From assembly GCA_963674865.2 (NCBI GenBank), contig CAXXYE010000009.1, positions 256,001 through 320,000 on the forward strand: a stretch of 64,000 nt of DNA, in the 5' to 3' direction. Under the pieces are notes generated by a model. It searched no databases. It was given only the letters and a program-made list of their open reading frames with translations, and was not told the DNA's origin. The stretch is from Candidatus Hydrogenedentota bacterium. GTDB lineage: Bacteria; Hydrogenedentota; Hydrogenedentia; Hydrogenedentales; SLHB01. How positions within the stretch are numbered: the stretch's first letter is position 1; the number at the start of each line of letters is the position of its first letter. Both the position numbers and the translations under genes were made by a program. This document shows positions 41,027-54,210 of this stretch, piece by piece.

Positions 41027-41710
41027 TCATAACACCATGATGCCCCGCAGGATTTGGCGCAGCTTCCCGATTGCCAGAATCCTGCGTGAGCGAACGGTGT
41101 TCGCGGGACAATCCATCACGGCCGCAATCTCGTCCAGCGAAAGGCCCTGAACTGTCCGCAGCACGAACGCCATACGCTGCTCCTCCGGCAGGGCCGATAA
41201 CGCGTCAAGAACGTGCGCCTCGAGTTCCGAGCTGATAGCCGCCCTGTCGGGCCGGCATGCCGCCTTGTCCGGTAGCTCGTCCCAGGACACGGCATCCACG
41301 CGCATCAGCCCGTTCCGCCATGCCTTCATGGCCGCCCGTCGCTTCTCGCGCCAAACATACCGGGCAAACGTGAAAAGATACGCGGCAAAAGAGCCCGTCG
41401 CCTCGTAGCGCTTCCTCAACTTCCAGATTCGCAGGAATGTTTCCTGGCAGAGGTCCGCCGCCGTCTCCGGTTCCCGGGACATGGCGTAGAAGAAGCTCAA
41501 CACCTTCCGGTAGTACCGGCCGTAAAGGAGCGCGAAGGCCGCCTCCTCGTCCTCCCGTGCACGTAGCATCAGAGACACGTCGGACGGCATTGCGCCGCCG
41601 GCGTCCCCATTCGTGGTGTGCCGCGGGTAGGTGCCAGCCGTCACTCGAGCCCCTTTCTCGTTGGACATATGGCGCTTTTCCCGTCCAGCGATCAAAGAGC
41701 GCGTTCTCAT
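41027..41710 (-). CDS. ECF RNA polymerase sigma factor
   Basis: AFALLY, DLCQETFLRIW, LPEEQR, LS..EIA....CP.NTVRSR. Confidence 0.93.
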   Translation of the reverse strand: MRTRSLIAGREKRHMSNEKGARVTAGTYPRHTTNGDAGGAMPSDVSLMLRAREDEEAAFALLYGRYYRKVLSFFYAMSREPETAADLCQETFLRIWKLRKRYEATGSFAAYLFTFARYVWREKRRAAMKAWRNGLMRVDAVSWDELPDKAACRPDRAAISSELEAHVLDALSALPEEQRMAFVLRTVQGLSLDEIAAVMDCPANTVRSRRILAIGKLRQILRGIMVL

Positions 41711-41871
41711 AGACGACCTCCCGATCCGGCCTTGCCCCTCTTGAGGTCATTCTACTCCAGAAGCGCCCGCCATGCACCCGCCGGACCACCTTTCCCGGAC
41801 AGCCGGGCGCGCCGCTTTTCGCCGTACGCTTTGCGCATGGTACAATGCCCCTCGGAATGCGAAGGACGTTC

Positions 41872-41997
41872 CAAGGGTGCGACCAGAAAGCCACCGGATA
41901 ATGGAGACTGAGCATTTTGGGTGCTGACACAGAGAGACTTATAAGCGCTTTCTGTCCGCCCGACTCCAGGAACCGCACTTTCTGGCCAAATTCCTAG
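41872..41997. mobile_element. MITE-like ~125-bp element, copy 2
   Basis: CAAGGGTGCGACCAGAAAGCC...GGAACCGCACTTTCTGGCCAAATTCCTAG, colinear with 19785-19909. Confidence 0.8.
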
Positions 41998-42018
41998 ATG
42001 ATCCCGGGGCACAAGTGC

Positions 42019-42945
42019 ATGAAGATCACCTTTTTGATCCCTGTCCACAACGAACGAGAGTCTCTCGGGTCTCTCGTCGAGGCCATCTCTGAGTATGCCG
42101 CACCTTATGAACACCGCATTCTTTTCGTGGACGATGGAAGTAATGACGGTTCCTACGAGGCCATGAAGGATCTCCGGGAACGCTTCCCGACGGTGGACAT
42201 CATCAAGTTCCGCGTCAACCTCGGCAAGTCCGCCGCCTTGGCGGCGGGTTTTCCACGCGCCCGGGGCGATCTCGTGTTCACCATGGACGGCGACCTCCAG
42301 GACGATCCAAAAGAGATTCCCCGGTTTATCGACAAGCTCAACGAGGGCTACGACGTCGTCTGCGGTTGGAAGCAAGCTCGGCGGGACCCTTGGCACAAGA
42401 CCTTCCCCTCGCGAGTCTACAACTGGTTCATTCGCCGTCTCTTCAAGCTCGATCTCCACGATATCAATTGCGGATTCAAGCTCTTTCGCATGGAAGTCGT
42501 CGAGAGGATCCAGGTATACGGCGATATGCACCGCCTCATCCCCGTCTTTGCGGCACACCTCGGCTACCGGATTTCGGAGATTCCCGTCGAGCATCATCCC
42601 CGGCGCTACGGCCGATCCAAGTACGGGCCCGAGCGATTCTCACGCGGCGTCATCGACGTTCTCACCACCTTGTTTCTCAGCAACCACCGCGATTCGCCCG
42701 GACATTTCTTCGGCCGGTGGGCCTTTGCATTTGCGGCACTGGGCCTGTTAGCGATGCTCGGCGCTGTATTCTCCTGGTCCGGCGCGGCGTCCGGACTGGC
42801 CACCATCGCCCTATGGACGCTTGGCATCGGCCTATTCCTTGCCGCCGGCGGAGGCATCGCCCTCGCTCTTGTGGCGGAGTCCATCGTCAGCTTGCGCCCG
42901 CCGCTCGATCCTGCTCTTTACATTGAGGAAGAGCACCTCGGCTGA
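42019..42945 (+). CDS. GT2 glycosyltransferase (ArnC/DPM-like)
   Basis: PVHNE, VDDGSND, MDGDLQDDP, DINCGFK, two C-terminal TM helices. Confidence 0.92.
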   Translation: MKITFLIPVHNERESLGSLVEAISEYAAPYEHRILFVDDGSNDGSYEAMKDLRERFPTVDIIKFRVNLGKSAALAAGFPRARGDLVFTMDGDLQDDPKEIPRFIDKLNEGYDVVCGWKQARRDPWHKTFPSRVYNWFIRRLFKLDLHDINCGFKLFRMEVVERIQVYGDMHRLIPVFAAHLGYRISEIPVEHHPRRYGRSKYGPERFSRGVIDVLTTLFLSNHRDSPGHFFGRWAFAFAALGLLAMLGAVFSWSGAASGLATIALWTLGIGLFLAAGGGIALALVAESIVSLRPPLDPALYIEEEHLG

Positions 42946-42974
42946 ACGGCCGCACCTGCGGCCCATGCGCCGGA

Positions 42975-44978
42975 TTACTCTTTCCGCAGCAGGAAGCCGC
43001 GTTTCGCTCCGTCGTCTTTGACGCCCACGCCGACGATATCCCCCGTCGCGTTGATGTCCCACGCGTCTTTCAGTATCCAGCCGGAGCCTGGTTCGAGCAG
43101 ATCGTTCAGGTCCGTCATCACATCCATGCCGGCCACGCTATCCCACCCGAAAGCGTGCGCGTCCCCCGACGCTATTTCCGACCATCCCACGACCTGGCTC
43201 GAATCGTTGATCGAGCGGGCGCTGCTGTTTGTTCCCCCGAGCGTACCGAGATCTTCCATGCCGCCGGAGTCATCCCAGATAAACGCGTGATAGATGCCGG
43301 AACTAGTCTCTGCCTCGCCGACTACCTCGCTCAACGCGTTGACGGCCCGCGCCGCGCTGTACTTACCGCTCGGAAACGCCCCCAAGTTCTGCATGCCGTT
43401 CGTGGCATCCCAAATGAACGCAAATTCCTTTTTCCCTGATTGCTTCTGGGAGCTGCCCACTACCTCCCCCGCGTCGTTGATTCCGTAGGCAAAGCTGTAA
43501 TCGCCGCCTGTTGTCCCGAGGTCCTGCATGCCGTGGGCCGTGTCCCAGAGAAATGCCCGCGCGTAGCCCGCGCCGTTCGTGCTATAGCCGGCCACCTGCT
43601 GCAAGCTATTGATAGCGTGCGCCGCAGTGGACGTGCCTCCCAAGTTGCCTAAGTCGCGCATGCCGCTTGTTTCGTCCCAGATGAAGGCCGTGTAGTTCTC
43701 GGGCGCCTCATCGAGTTGATCATAACCTACGACAACGCCGTCGCCGTTGAGGTCGTAGGCATAGCTATGCTTCCCGCCCAGCGTGCCGAGGTCCTGCATC
43801 CCGTCCGTGGCGTTCCAGAGGAAAGCACGGCGCCAGTTGGCCGCGACAAAGAGATAGGAGTATCCGGCCACGTCGCCGGAGTCGTTGATCGCGAACGCAT
43901 AGGCGTTGACGCCGCCCAACGTCGGGAGTTCGGTTACCGTCCAAGTGTCGCCCACGGCGAAGAAGGTGAAATGCGTGGTGTCAAAGGTTACCGCGGGAAC
44001 GGGTTGCGCTATGTATTGCGCATTCGATATCCCCCAGGTGGCCCACGTTCGCGTCGCCGCGTCGCGATACACTATCCGAAGAGACTCCGGACTTTGCAGG
44101 GCCTCCGGCAGCGGAAAGTACACCGAGACGGGCCGGCTAAACGCCGTGCCTGCCGGCCCCAATTCGACCATGGCCATCGCCCCCAGTAGAGGCTCTTCGA
44201 CGGCCGACACCGTCACGACGATCGGTTCCGAAACGGCCCCCGGCGGAACAGTCACGATGGAGCCGTCAAGGATGCTCGATGGATCATCCACAAAGACCTG
44301 GCCCCCGGCGGCAGGCGTCGCCTCCGCATACGCCACCACGTCAAATGCCGTGACGATCACGTCGACGTAAGCCTCGTCCAACCTCCCCGTCGCGTCCGTA
44401 ATCTCGAGCATTGCACGGTACTTGCCCGGCGGCGTGCCCTCGGGATACACATAGAGCGGGCTCTGCGCTGTGCTGACGCCGCCGTCGCCAAACGACCACG
44501 CGTAGGAGAGCGCCCCCCCGTCCGGGGCGCTTCCCGCTCCTGTGAACTGCACTGAAAGCGGTGCCGGCCCGGCAACCGGATCGGCTGATGCCGCAGCCGT
44601 GGGCGTGGCGTCTCCCACGCGTATCTTTGTCGTCGTGCTGGCTGTGTGGCCTGCCGCGTCGGTTACGGTAAGCGTCACTGTATAGCCGCCCTCGGCTGCA
44701 AATGTGTGCTGCACAACCGCCCCGGCCAAGTCCGTTCCCAAGCCGTCGCGCGCGTCCAGAGCCCATGAATAAGACGCGATCTGGCAATCGTCGGTTGAGG
44801 CCGAGGCGTCCAAGGTTACGGTGAGAGGAGCGGCGCCTTCCGAGGGGGTGGCTGTGGCCACTGCGTACGGCGCGAGTAGGTCCTCGGTGGTGTCGGGGTC
44901 CGTCGGTGGGCATCCGGCGTGGCCAAGGATGAGGATGAGCATGCCAATAATCGCGGCAGAGGAGCGCGGGATATACAT
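42975..44978 (-). CDS. Lipoprotein with PKD domains, a ZU5-like domain and HAF extracellular repeats
   Basis: Lipobox AGC, W.FGDG PKD motifs, TTHFT, tandem ~44-aa AFLW....GMQDLGTLGG..S.A..IN..G.V.G repeats. Confidence 0.88.
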   Translation of the reverse strand: MYIPRSSAAIIGMLILILGHAGCPPTDPDTTEDLLAPYAVATATPSEGAAPLTVTLDASASTDDCQIASYSWALDARDGLGTDLAGAVVQHTFAAEGGYTVTLTVTDAAGHTASTTTKIRVGDATPTAAASADPVAGPAPLSVQFTGAGSAPDGGALSYAWSFGDGGVSTAQSPLYVYPEGTPPGKYRAMLEITDATGRLDEAYVDVIVTAFDVVAYAEATPAAGGQVFVDDPSSILDGSIVTVPPGAVSEPIVVTVSAVEEPLLGAMAMVELGPAGTAFSRPVSVYFPLPEALQSPESLRIVYRDAATRTWATWGISNAQYIAQPVPAVTFDTTHFTFFAVGDTWTVTELPTLGGVNAYAFAINDSGDVAGYSYLFVAANWRRAFLWNATDGMQDLGTLGGKHSYAYDLNGDGVVVGYDQLDEAPENYTAFIWDETSGMRDLGNLGGTSTAAHAINSLQQVAGYSTNGAGYARAFLWDTAHGMQDLGTTGGDYSFAYGINDAGEVVGSSQKQSGKKEFAFIWDATNGMQNLGAFPSGKYSAARAVNALSEVVGEAETSSGIYHAFIWDDSGGMEDLGTLGGTNSSARSINDSSQVVGWSEIASGDAHAFGWDSVAGMDVMTDLNDLLEPGSGWILKDAWDINATGDIVGVGVKDDGAKRGFLLRKE

Positions 44979-45031
44979 CCGTTAGCCCGTTTCCCCTCAT
45001 TGCTGCGTACTTCGGAAGTACTTGTCCGCGA

Positions 45032-45450
45032 TTAGTAGGCCATGCGGCTGTGCGTATTGAGTCGCGCCAAGGACCGTAGCAGCGCTGCCTGGGCCCGCGC
45101 GAAATTCGTGTCGTCGCTTGGTTGCCGTAGACGCTTCTCCGCCCGCTCACGTGCTGCCTTGGCGCGATTCACGTCAATCTCGCTATCTTCCTCGATCGTC
45201 TGCGTCAAAACGACCACACGATCCCCGAGTACCTCGGCGAATCCTTCGTTCAACGCAAAAAAACGCTCCGCGCTGTCCGCGTCGCAAACCACTGCCGTGC
45301 CCGGCGCCAGCGTCGTAAGGAAGGGTGTGTGACCTGCCAACACCGAAAACACGCCGTCCGCGCCCGGCAAGATGACCTCGCTGGCCTCAAAGACAAGGGG
45401 GGTACGCTCCGGAGCGCAGATCTCGACATGGATGGCGCCGTTGTCGGCCA

Positions 45451-45451
<1 letters not shown>
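45032..45451 (-). CDS. atpC: F1 ATP synthase epsilon subunit
   Basis: PG.DG.F.VL.GH.P, GFAEV, ID..RA..A.ERA. Confidence 0.93.
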
Positions 45452-49313
<3,862 letters not shown>

Positions 49314-49317
49314 CCCT

Positions 49318-49866
49318 TCAGGTCTCCTTTGAAAGAAGCTGTTGCTTCAGCGTATCCAATTGGTTACGGATGCTTCCGTCGATGATGAAACTGCCGATGC
49401 GCGCCACCACCCCGCCGACGATGTCGGGATCAACGTGGTATTCCATGCGAAGTTGCCCGCGCGCGCGCGCCGTCAATGATTTCGTGAGCTGGGCCTTTTG
49501 CTCGTCCGATAAGTCAACGGCCGTTGTGACCACAGCCTCGATCCGATTCAGGCGCGCGTCGGCAATGGCCGAAAAAACCGTGGCGATCTCGGGCAGTAAG
49601 GCGATCCGGCCGCGCCTAAGCAGCACCCGCACCAATTGCGCAACAACCGGCATCGGCGCCTGCTGCTCGAGCACCGCATCGACGACGCGCTCCCGCGCCG
49701 CAAGATCGATCACCGGATTGGCCAACACGCTTCGCAGGTCGTGATTTGCCTCGTAGAACTCGCGCGCCCGGTTCATTGCCAGGCGGGCCTCCTCAAGTTC
49801 GCCGGGATCCGTGATGCACGCGCTCAGGCCCTTCGCGTAGCGTTCCGCGATCAGGTGGTTCTTCAT
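49318..49866 (-). CDS. atpH: F1 ATP synthase delta subunit
   Basis: [20 protein letters not shown]. Confidence 0.93.
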   Translation of the reverse strand: MKNHLIAERYAKGLSACITDPGELEEARLAMNRAREFYEANHDLRSVLANPVIDLAARERVVDAVLEQQAPMPVVAQLVRVLLRRGRIALLPEIATVFSAIADARLNRIEAVVTTAVDLSDEQKAQLTKSLTARARGQLRMEYHVDPDIVGGVVARIGSFIIDGSIRNQLDTLKQQLLSKET

Positions 49867-50687
49867 TCCGCCTTCTCCAGGACGTTTAGGAACCGATCAA
49901 GCCGCGCGGCTTCGCTCTCCGGCGTGAGGCCTTCGCGATAGCGCTTCGCCACGAGGTCGAGCGTTTTCTCCACAAGATCCTCTTTGACATGCAAGAACGC
50001 GCGGTGTTCCTCTTCTTGCTTGCGGCTCGCACCGTCACGCGCAATCTGCTCGATGGCTTCGCCCGCTTCCTCGTGGATATCGCCGAGTACCCTCGCCAGA
50101 AGGGCCTCGCCTTCTTCTTCAAGCCGTTCTTTGTCTTCGTCGAGCCCATCCACCTGCGCCTGAGCGGCGGTTTTTCGCGCGGTCGCATCCGCGCGGGCCT
50201 TGGCGCTAGCGTCGATCCGCTTCTGCAAGGACGCGATCTTGGCGTCGAGCATCGCGAACAAAGGCTTCGGCGCAAAACGGAGAATCAAAGCCAGTACCGT
50301 AAGCGTATTGAGCCAGTCGAAAAGCGCGCCGAACCACGCCATCCGCCGCTGTTCTTGGACATACTCCGGCCGCTGCGTGTATTCGTCTACAAAAGCAATG
50401 CCGGCCGCCAACGCGCTCTGCGGCAACGCCAGGCCGGGATGCTCGCGGTACACCTTCTCGATCACGTTCTCCTGCGGCAAGCCTTCCCGCTGCGCCAATG
50501 GACGAAGCTCCGCATAGAGCTTGTAGGCGTCGCTCTTAGACACCTCGAGATAGCGTTCGTGATCATCCTTATAGGTATCGCGATACTTCCGCGTCAGTCC
50601 GGGCGGGCCAAGGGTGATAATGAGAACCACGCCGCACACCAAGTACGCAACGCCCAAGATCACCAAGAATCGCTTGGTGCAGCTCAC
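49863..50687 (-). CDS. atpF: Fo subunit b with N-terminal TM and ~85-aa insert
   Basis: GTG start overlapping the upstream stop (GTGA); WLN...LILRFAPKPL..MLD followed by coiled coil; position before delta. Confidence 0.8.
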   Translation of the reverse strand: MSCTKRFLVILGVAYLVCGVVLIITLGPPGLTRKYRDTYKDDHERYLEVSKSDAYKLYAELRPLAQREGLPQENVIEKVYREHPGLALPQSALAAGIAFVDEYTQRPEYVQEQRRMAWFGALFDWLNTLTVLALILRFAPKPLFAMLDAKIASLQKRIDASAKARADATARKTAAQAQVDGLDEDKERLEEEGEALLARVLGDIHEEAGEAIEQIARDGASRKQEEEHRAFLHVKEDLVEKTLDLVAKRYREGLTPESEAARLDRFLNVLEKAE

Positions 50688-51115
50688 GGTGTGCCACCTC
50701 CACAGCCCAGCTTCTCCATGACCGCATCCGCGATCTCCGACGTGCAACGCTCGTAGTCCGCCTCTTGCGCGGCGGCTTGCGTCCATGCCGTCTTCCGGGC
50801 TTCGGCCACGGCCTCGTCCGCTGTCCGGCGGTGCTTCGCCAGTTCGGCGAGTTGGCATTCCTGGGCCGTCCTGCGTTCGCGCTCGACCCGCTCATGGATC
50901 GCCCGCTGTATGCCGGCCACCGTGCCGCTGTATTCTTCCTCGAGCGTCTGCGCCGTGCTGTTATCGGTTCTGGCCGTCTCGCTGTCCTGCTTGAGTTTCT
51001 CCTCACGCCCATCCATGACGTTTAGCATGGGGCGGAGAATGAACCTGCTCGTGACCCAAAGGAAGATCAAGAACAGGCCCAGCTCGACAAGCAATGTCAG
51101 GTTCAGAACAACCAT
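50684..51115 (-). CDS. atpF: Fo subunit b'
   Basis: LNLTLLVEL..FL...RFILRPML.VMD.RE followed by coiled coil. Confidence 0.85.
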   Translation of the reverse strand: MVVLNLTLLVELGLFLIFLWVTSRFILRPMLNVMDGREEKLKQDSETARTDNSTAQTLEEEYSGTVAGIQRAIHERVERERRTAQECQLAELAKHRRTADEAVAEARKTAWTQAAAQEADYERCTSEIADAVMEKLGCGGGTP

Positions 51116-51153
51116 GAGCGCATCAATCCGTCGTTGCGTGGTTTACAAGACGC

Positions 51154-51468
51154 TTACACCACGAACAGCATCAGCAAGGCCACAACCAGGGAGTAAATCC
51201 CTGTCGACTCCGACACGGCCTGGCCGATAAGCATCGTGCGTGTTAGAAGCCCCGCGTTCTCGGGCGTCCGGCCGATAGCCTCGCACGCTTTGCCCGCCGC
51301 GAACCCTTCGCCCACGCCCGGCCCGATGGCTCCGAAGCCCATGCAGATGCCCGCGCCGATCAAGGCGCCCGCCATCCGAAGGTCCGCGCCTGAAATCAGG
51401 CTGGCGGCCTGCTCTTCGGCTTGGCCGACCACGGTGTGAAGCAACGTCGTTATCGTGCTCAAATCCAT
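51154..51468 (-). CDS. atpE: Fo subunit c, single hairpin with Na+ signature
   Basis: GPGVGEG (E54), RTP loop, AVSESTGIY (E87, S88, T89, Y92). Confidence 0.95.
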   Translation of the reverse strand: MDLSTITTLLHTVVGQAEEQAASLISGADLRMAGALIGAGICMGFGAIGPGVGEGFAAGKACEAIGRTPENAGLLTRTMLIGQAVSESTGIYSLVVALLMLFVV

Positions 51469-51519
51469 TCCCGTTATCCTTCTCGCAATGGCCTAACGCA
51501 TATCACGCGTATTGGAAAC

Positions 51520-52500
51520 TCACACAACATAAAGCAGGGCGAGGGCGATAATCAGAGCGTAAATCGCCGTCGATTGCGACACCGCCTGCCCGATCAGCAA
51601 TGTCCGGAGAATCAGCGCGCCCTGGAACGGATTGGCCGCCGTTGCCGAGCATCCCGAATCCGCGGCCAGTCCGCTGCCAATTCCCGGGCCTACGCCGCCG
51701 AAGCCGACCGCCACGCCCGCGCCGAACGCCTTGGCGAAACCCACCAGGCCGGGCTCGATGTCCCGCATGGCGAACAACATGATGAAAGCCACCAACATAC
51801 CGAATATCGCGGGCGTCTGGCCCACGGCTTGTCCAATCAACATCGTCCGGAGAGTCTGGCCCGACGCGGCCGGCCAACGGCTCACGCCTTCCACGGCGCC
51901 CCGCGCCGTGATGCCCGAGCCCATGCCGGGGCCTAGAGCGCCCACGCCCATGGCCAGTCCCGCACCCACCGCGACGCCCACCGCGGCCCAGCCGGTGACG
52001 ACGCCAGGCACGAACAGCAGTATCAGCGAGATCACCGTCGCGAAGATGCTCGGCGACTGCGCCACGGCTTGCCCGATAATCATCGCCTGAGTAACTTTCG
52101 ACGCCTGACGCGGATTCCGCGCCACGCCGTTGCATGCCGCGCCTGCCGGCCACCCGCATCCAAGGCCGCTGCCGAAGCAGCCCAGGCCAATCGAAAGGCC
52201 CGCACCGAGCACCGCCGCGCCAAGTAGATGCTCCGAGCCAGCCAATGCCGACGAGGGAACAAACAGAATCAAGAGGCCAATGACAAGGGCAAAGATGGAC
52301 GGGCTGCCCCCCACTGCCTGCCCGATGAGCATCGTTCGGAGCATCGCGCCCTGCACCTTCGGCTGGCGCATCATGCCCTCGTTGGCCTGTCCGGCCGCAA
52401 TGCCCATGCCTACGGCCGCGCCCACGCCGCCGAAGCCCAGGGCGATGCCCGCACCGAGGAAACGGCCGATCAACTCCCAGTTCAGTGCTATGTCATCCAC
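51520..52500 (-). CDS. atpE: Quadruplicated Fo c-subunit homolog (4 hairpins, 8 TM) lacking the essential carboxylate
   Basis: Four ~80-aa repeats, each GAG..G.G..G...G.G / R(Q,N,W)P or ANP loop / IGQAV; the Glu position is G65, Q148, Q228, Q309. Confidence 0.9.
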   Translation of the reverse strand: MDDIALNWELIGRFLGAGIALGFGGVGAAVGMGIAAGQANEGMMRQPKVQGAMLRTMLIGQAVGGSPSIFALVIGLLILFVPSSALAGSEHLLGAAVLGAGLSIGLGCFGSGLGCGWPAGAACNGVARNPRQASKVTQAMIIGQAVAQSPSIFATVISLILLFVPGVVTGWAAVGVAVGAGLAMGVGALGPGMGSGITARGAVEGVSRWPAASGQTLRTMLIGQAVGQTPAIFGMLVAFIMLFAMRDIEPGLVGFAKAFGAGVAVGFGGVGPGIGSGLAADSGCSATAANPFQGALILRTLLIGQAVSQSTAIYALIIALALLYVV

Positions 52501-52561
52501 GTGAGACCGCTTCTCTCTGTTGCCGCGCCACGGATTGTCACTGATTCTTTGCCGTGAAGCG

Positions 52562-53317
52562 CTACTTGACCGCCACCGCGATATACGTCAGCGTCAGCAT
52601 GGTGAAGACGAAGGCTTGGACGGTTCCCACGAAGAACACGAAGAAGAGGTCCATGCCGACCGGCAACACCATGTGGTACACCAACGTCGAAACCACAATG
52701 ATGATAATACCCCCGCCCAGGATGTTGCCGAATAGACGGAATGAAATGGAGACCACCTTAGCGAGTTCCCCAATCACATTCAGGGGAAAGAAGAACAAGG
52801 CCGAGAGCTTGCCTGCCACGCGAGCTGCGCCCGTCGACGACTCCTCCGACCAAAGGGGCCCGAGCAGTTCCGAGAAATAGCTCAGGGTGCCCTTCGCCCG
52901 CGCCCCGCAATAGGTGGCAATCACCATGGCCATGCACCCAAGGCTAAGAGTGCAGTTGATGTCCGCCGTCGGCTCCTCGATATAGGAAGACGGCACGAAG
53001 CCCATGAAGTTGCTCAATAGCAGGAACAGGAACAGCGATGCGATAAGTGGGAGGAACTTCCGATTCTTTTCTCGCGTGTCGAGTTCCAACGAACTCGACA
53101 CCAGCTCGTCAAACGCGCCGACGAACAACTCCACCATCATCTGGCCGCGTCCGGGCACAAGCGCCCGCCGTCGCATGGCTAGCCACAAAACCGCCCAGAG
53201 CAAGACCATCACCACAAGCGTACTGAAAACCGTCAGGATATTGACGCCGCCAAGCGGCAACGGGATGCTTGTCCCCGGCACGTAGTGCAGGATTAGGCGT
53301 TCACCGATTTGCTCCAT
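52562..53317 (-). CDS. atpB: Fo subunit a
   Basis: PTADIN, SISFRLFGN (essential Arg), QAFVFTMLT..YI. Confidence 0.96.
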   Translation of the reverse strand: MEQIGERLILHYVPGTSIPLPLGGVNILTVFSTLVVMVLLWAVLWLAMRRRALVPGRGQMMVELFVGAFDELVSSSLELDTREKNRKFLPLIASLFLFLLLSNFMGFVPSSYIEEPTADINCTLSLGCMAMVIATYCGARAKGTLSYFSELLGPLWSEESSTGAARVAGKLSALFFFPLNVIGELAKVVSISFRLFGNILGGGIIIIVVSTLVYHMVLPVGMDLFFVFFVGTVQAFVFTMLTLTYIAVAVK

Positions 53318-53711
53318 CCGCCTCGCTCTCGTCCTGTTTCAAGTCTAGGCCCGTCAAGCCTAGAAAAACCAATACAACGCGTATAATCAGAATACCGCCC
53401 GCTGCGCCAAGCAGACCTCGCAGTCCCTCCGGATCCATCATGTAACCCCGGATCAAGACGACAACGTAAACCGCCAAGCGCAGAAAGGACCATCTATACG
53501 CTGAAGACTTTACCTTTCCGGCGGGAAGAATTGCAAGCCGCTCCACCTTCAAGGCCGTCACCCAGAACACCAGTGTGCCGGCGATACCGCCCATCAAGAT
53601 GGCCTTGGCCACCATGAGGTCCACCGCCAGTCCGCCGGCAAGTGCCGCTATGGCCGTCACCAGCAGGGACAACCGCACCGCAAGCACCCGAAATCGCCTC
53701 AACGTTTCCAC
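53301..53711 (-). CDS. atpI: ATP synthase protein I
   Basis: Four-TM protein directly upstream of atpB, FLRL motif. Confidence 0.75.
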   Translation of the reverse strand: METLRRFRVLAVRLSLLVTAIAALAGGLAVDLMVAKAILMGGIAGTLVFWVTALKVERLAILPAGKVKSSAYRWSFLRLAVYVVVLIRGYMMDPEGLRGLLGAAGGILIIRVVLVFLGLTGLDLKQDESEADGANR

Positions 53712-53935
53712 GTAATCTCCTTGACCAGAATCCTATAGGCGCCGTAAACACCCGAAGCCACCCCGAAAAGGATCATTCCCACCAGGATCAGGCCCGAACC
53801 GCCCAACCATGTGTCCAGGTATTTCCCGGCGATCACGCCCCCCACAATCGGCGCGGCTACGACAAGGCCCAATTGACTCACGAGGGCCAAGGCGCTTAGG
53901 GCGCGCCAGGTTGGAATCTGTTCCGGTGTCGGCAT
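53699..53935 (-). CDS. AtpZ/AtpI-family two-TM protein
   Basis: G..LD.WLG, G...G.YGAYR; first gene of the atp operon. Confidence 0.8.
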   Translation of the reverse strand: MPTPEQIPTWRALSALALVSQLGLVVAAPIVGGVIAGKYLDTWLGGSGLILVGMILFGVASGVYGAYRILVKEITWKR

Positions 53936-54142
53936 CGTAAGGTTTGTACCTAGCGGGTCTGGGATATAAGACACAACGCGCATGGCCGAAGCGGATGCCC
54001 TCTGGAGCCCGCCGGGCCGCCGGCGACATCAACGAAGACTCGCCTATCGCGCGTGTTGCCGGGCAGTATACTGCACCGGCTGTTGCCGGACAATTCCCTC
54101 CGCGATGACTGGCCCGATCTAGCCACTGCCAGCGGCCGCCTG

Positions 54143-54171
54143 TTGACTCGCCGTGGAAGCACGCCTAGAAT
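54143..54171 (+). promoter_or_regulatory. Sigma70-type promoter
   Basis: TTGACT-17 bp-TAGAAT upstream of the NCS2 permease. Confidence 0.6.
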
Positions 54172-54210
54172 CGGGTGAGCGGAACTGAGAGAGCAAGAGG
54201 GGGAGTGCAG

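Noticed and set aside
42975..43930. Periodic ~130-bp nucleotide similarity resembling an array
   Set aside because: Explained by in-frame HAF protein repeats; no identical repeats with unique spacers, so not CRISPR
53990..54210. Purine riboswitch upstream of the NCS2 permease
   Set aside because: No recognisable aptamer core, and the predicted promoter leaves only a short leader
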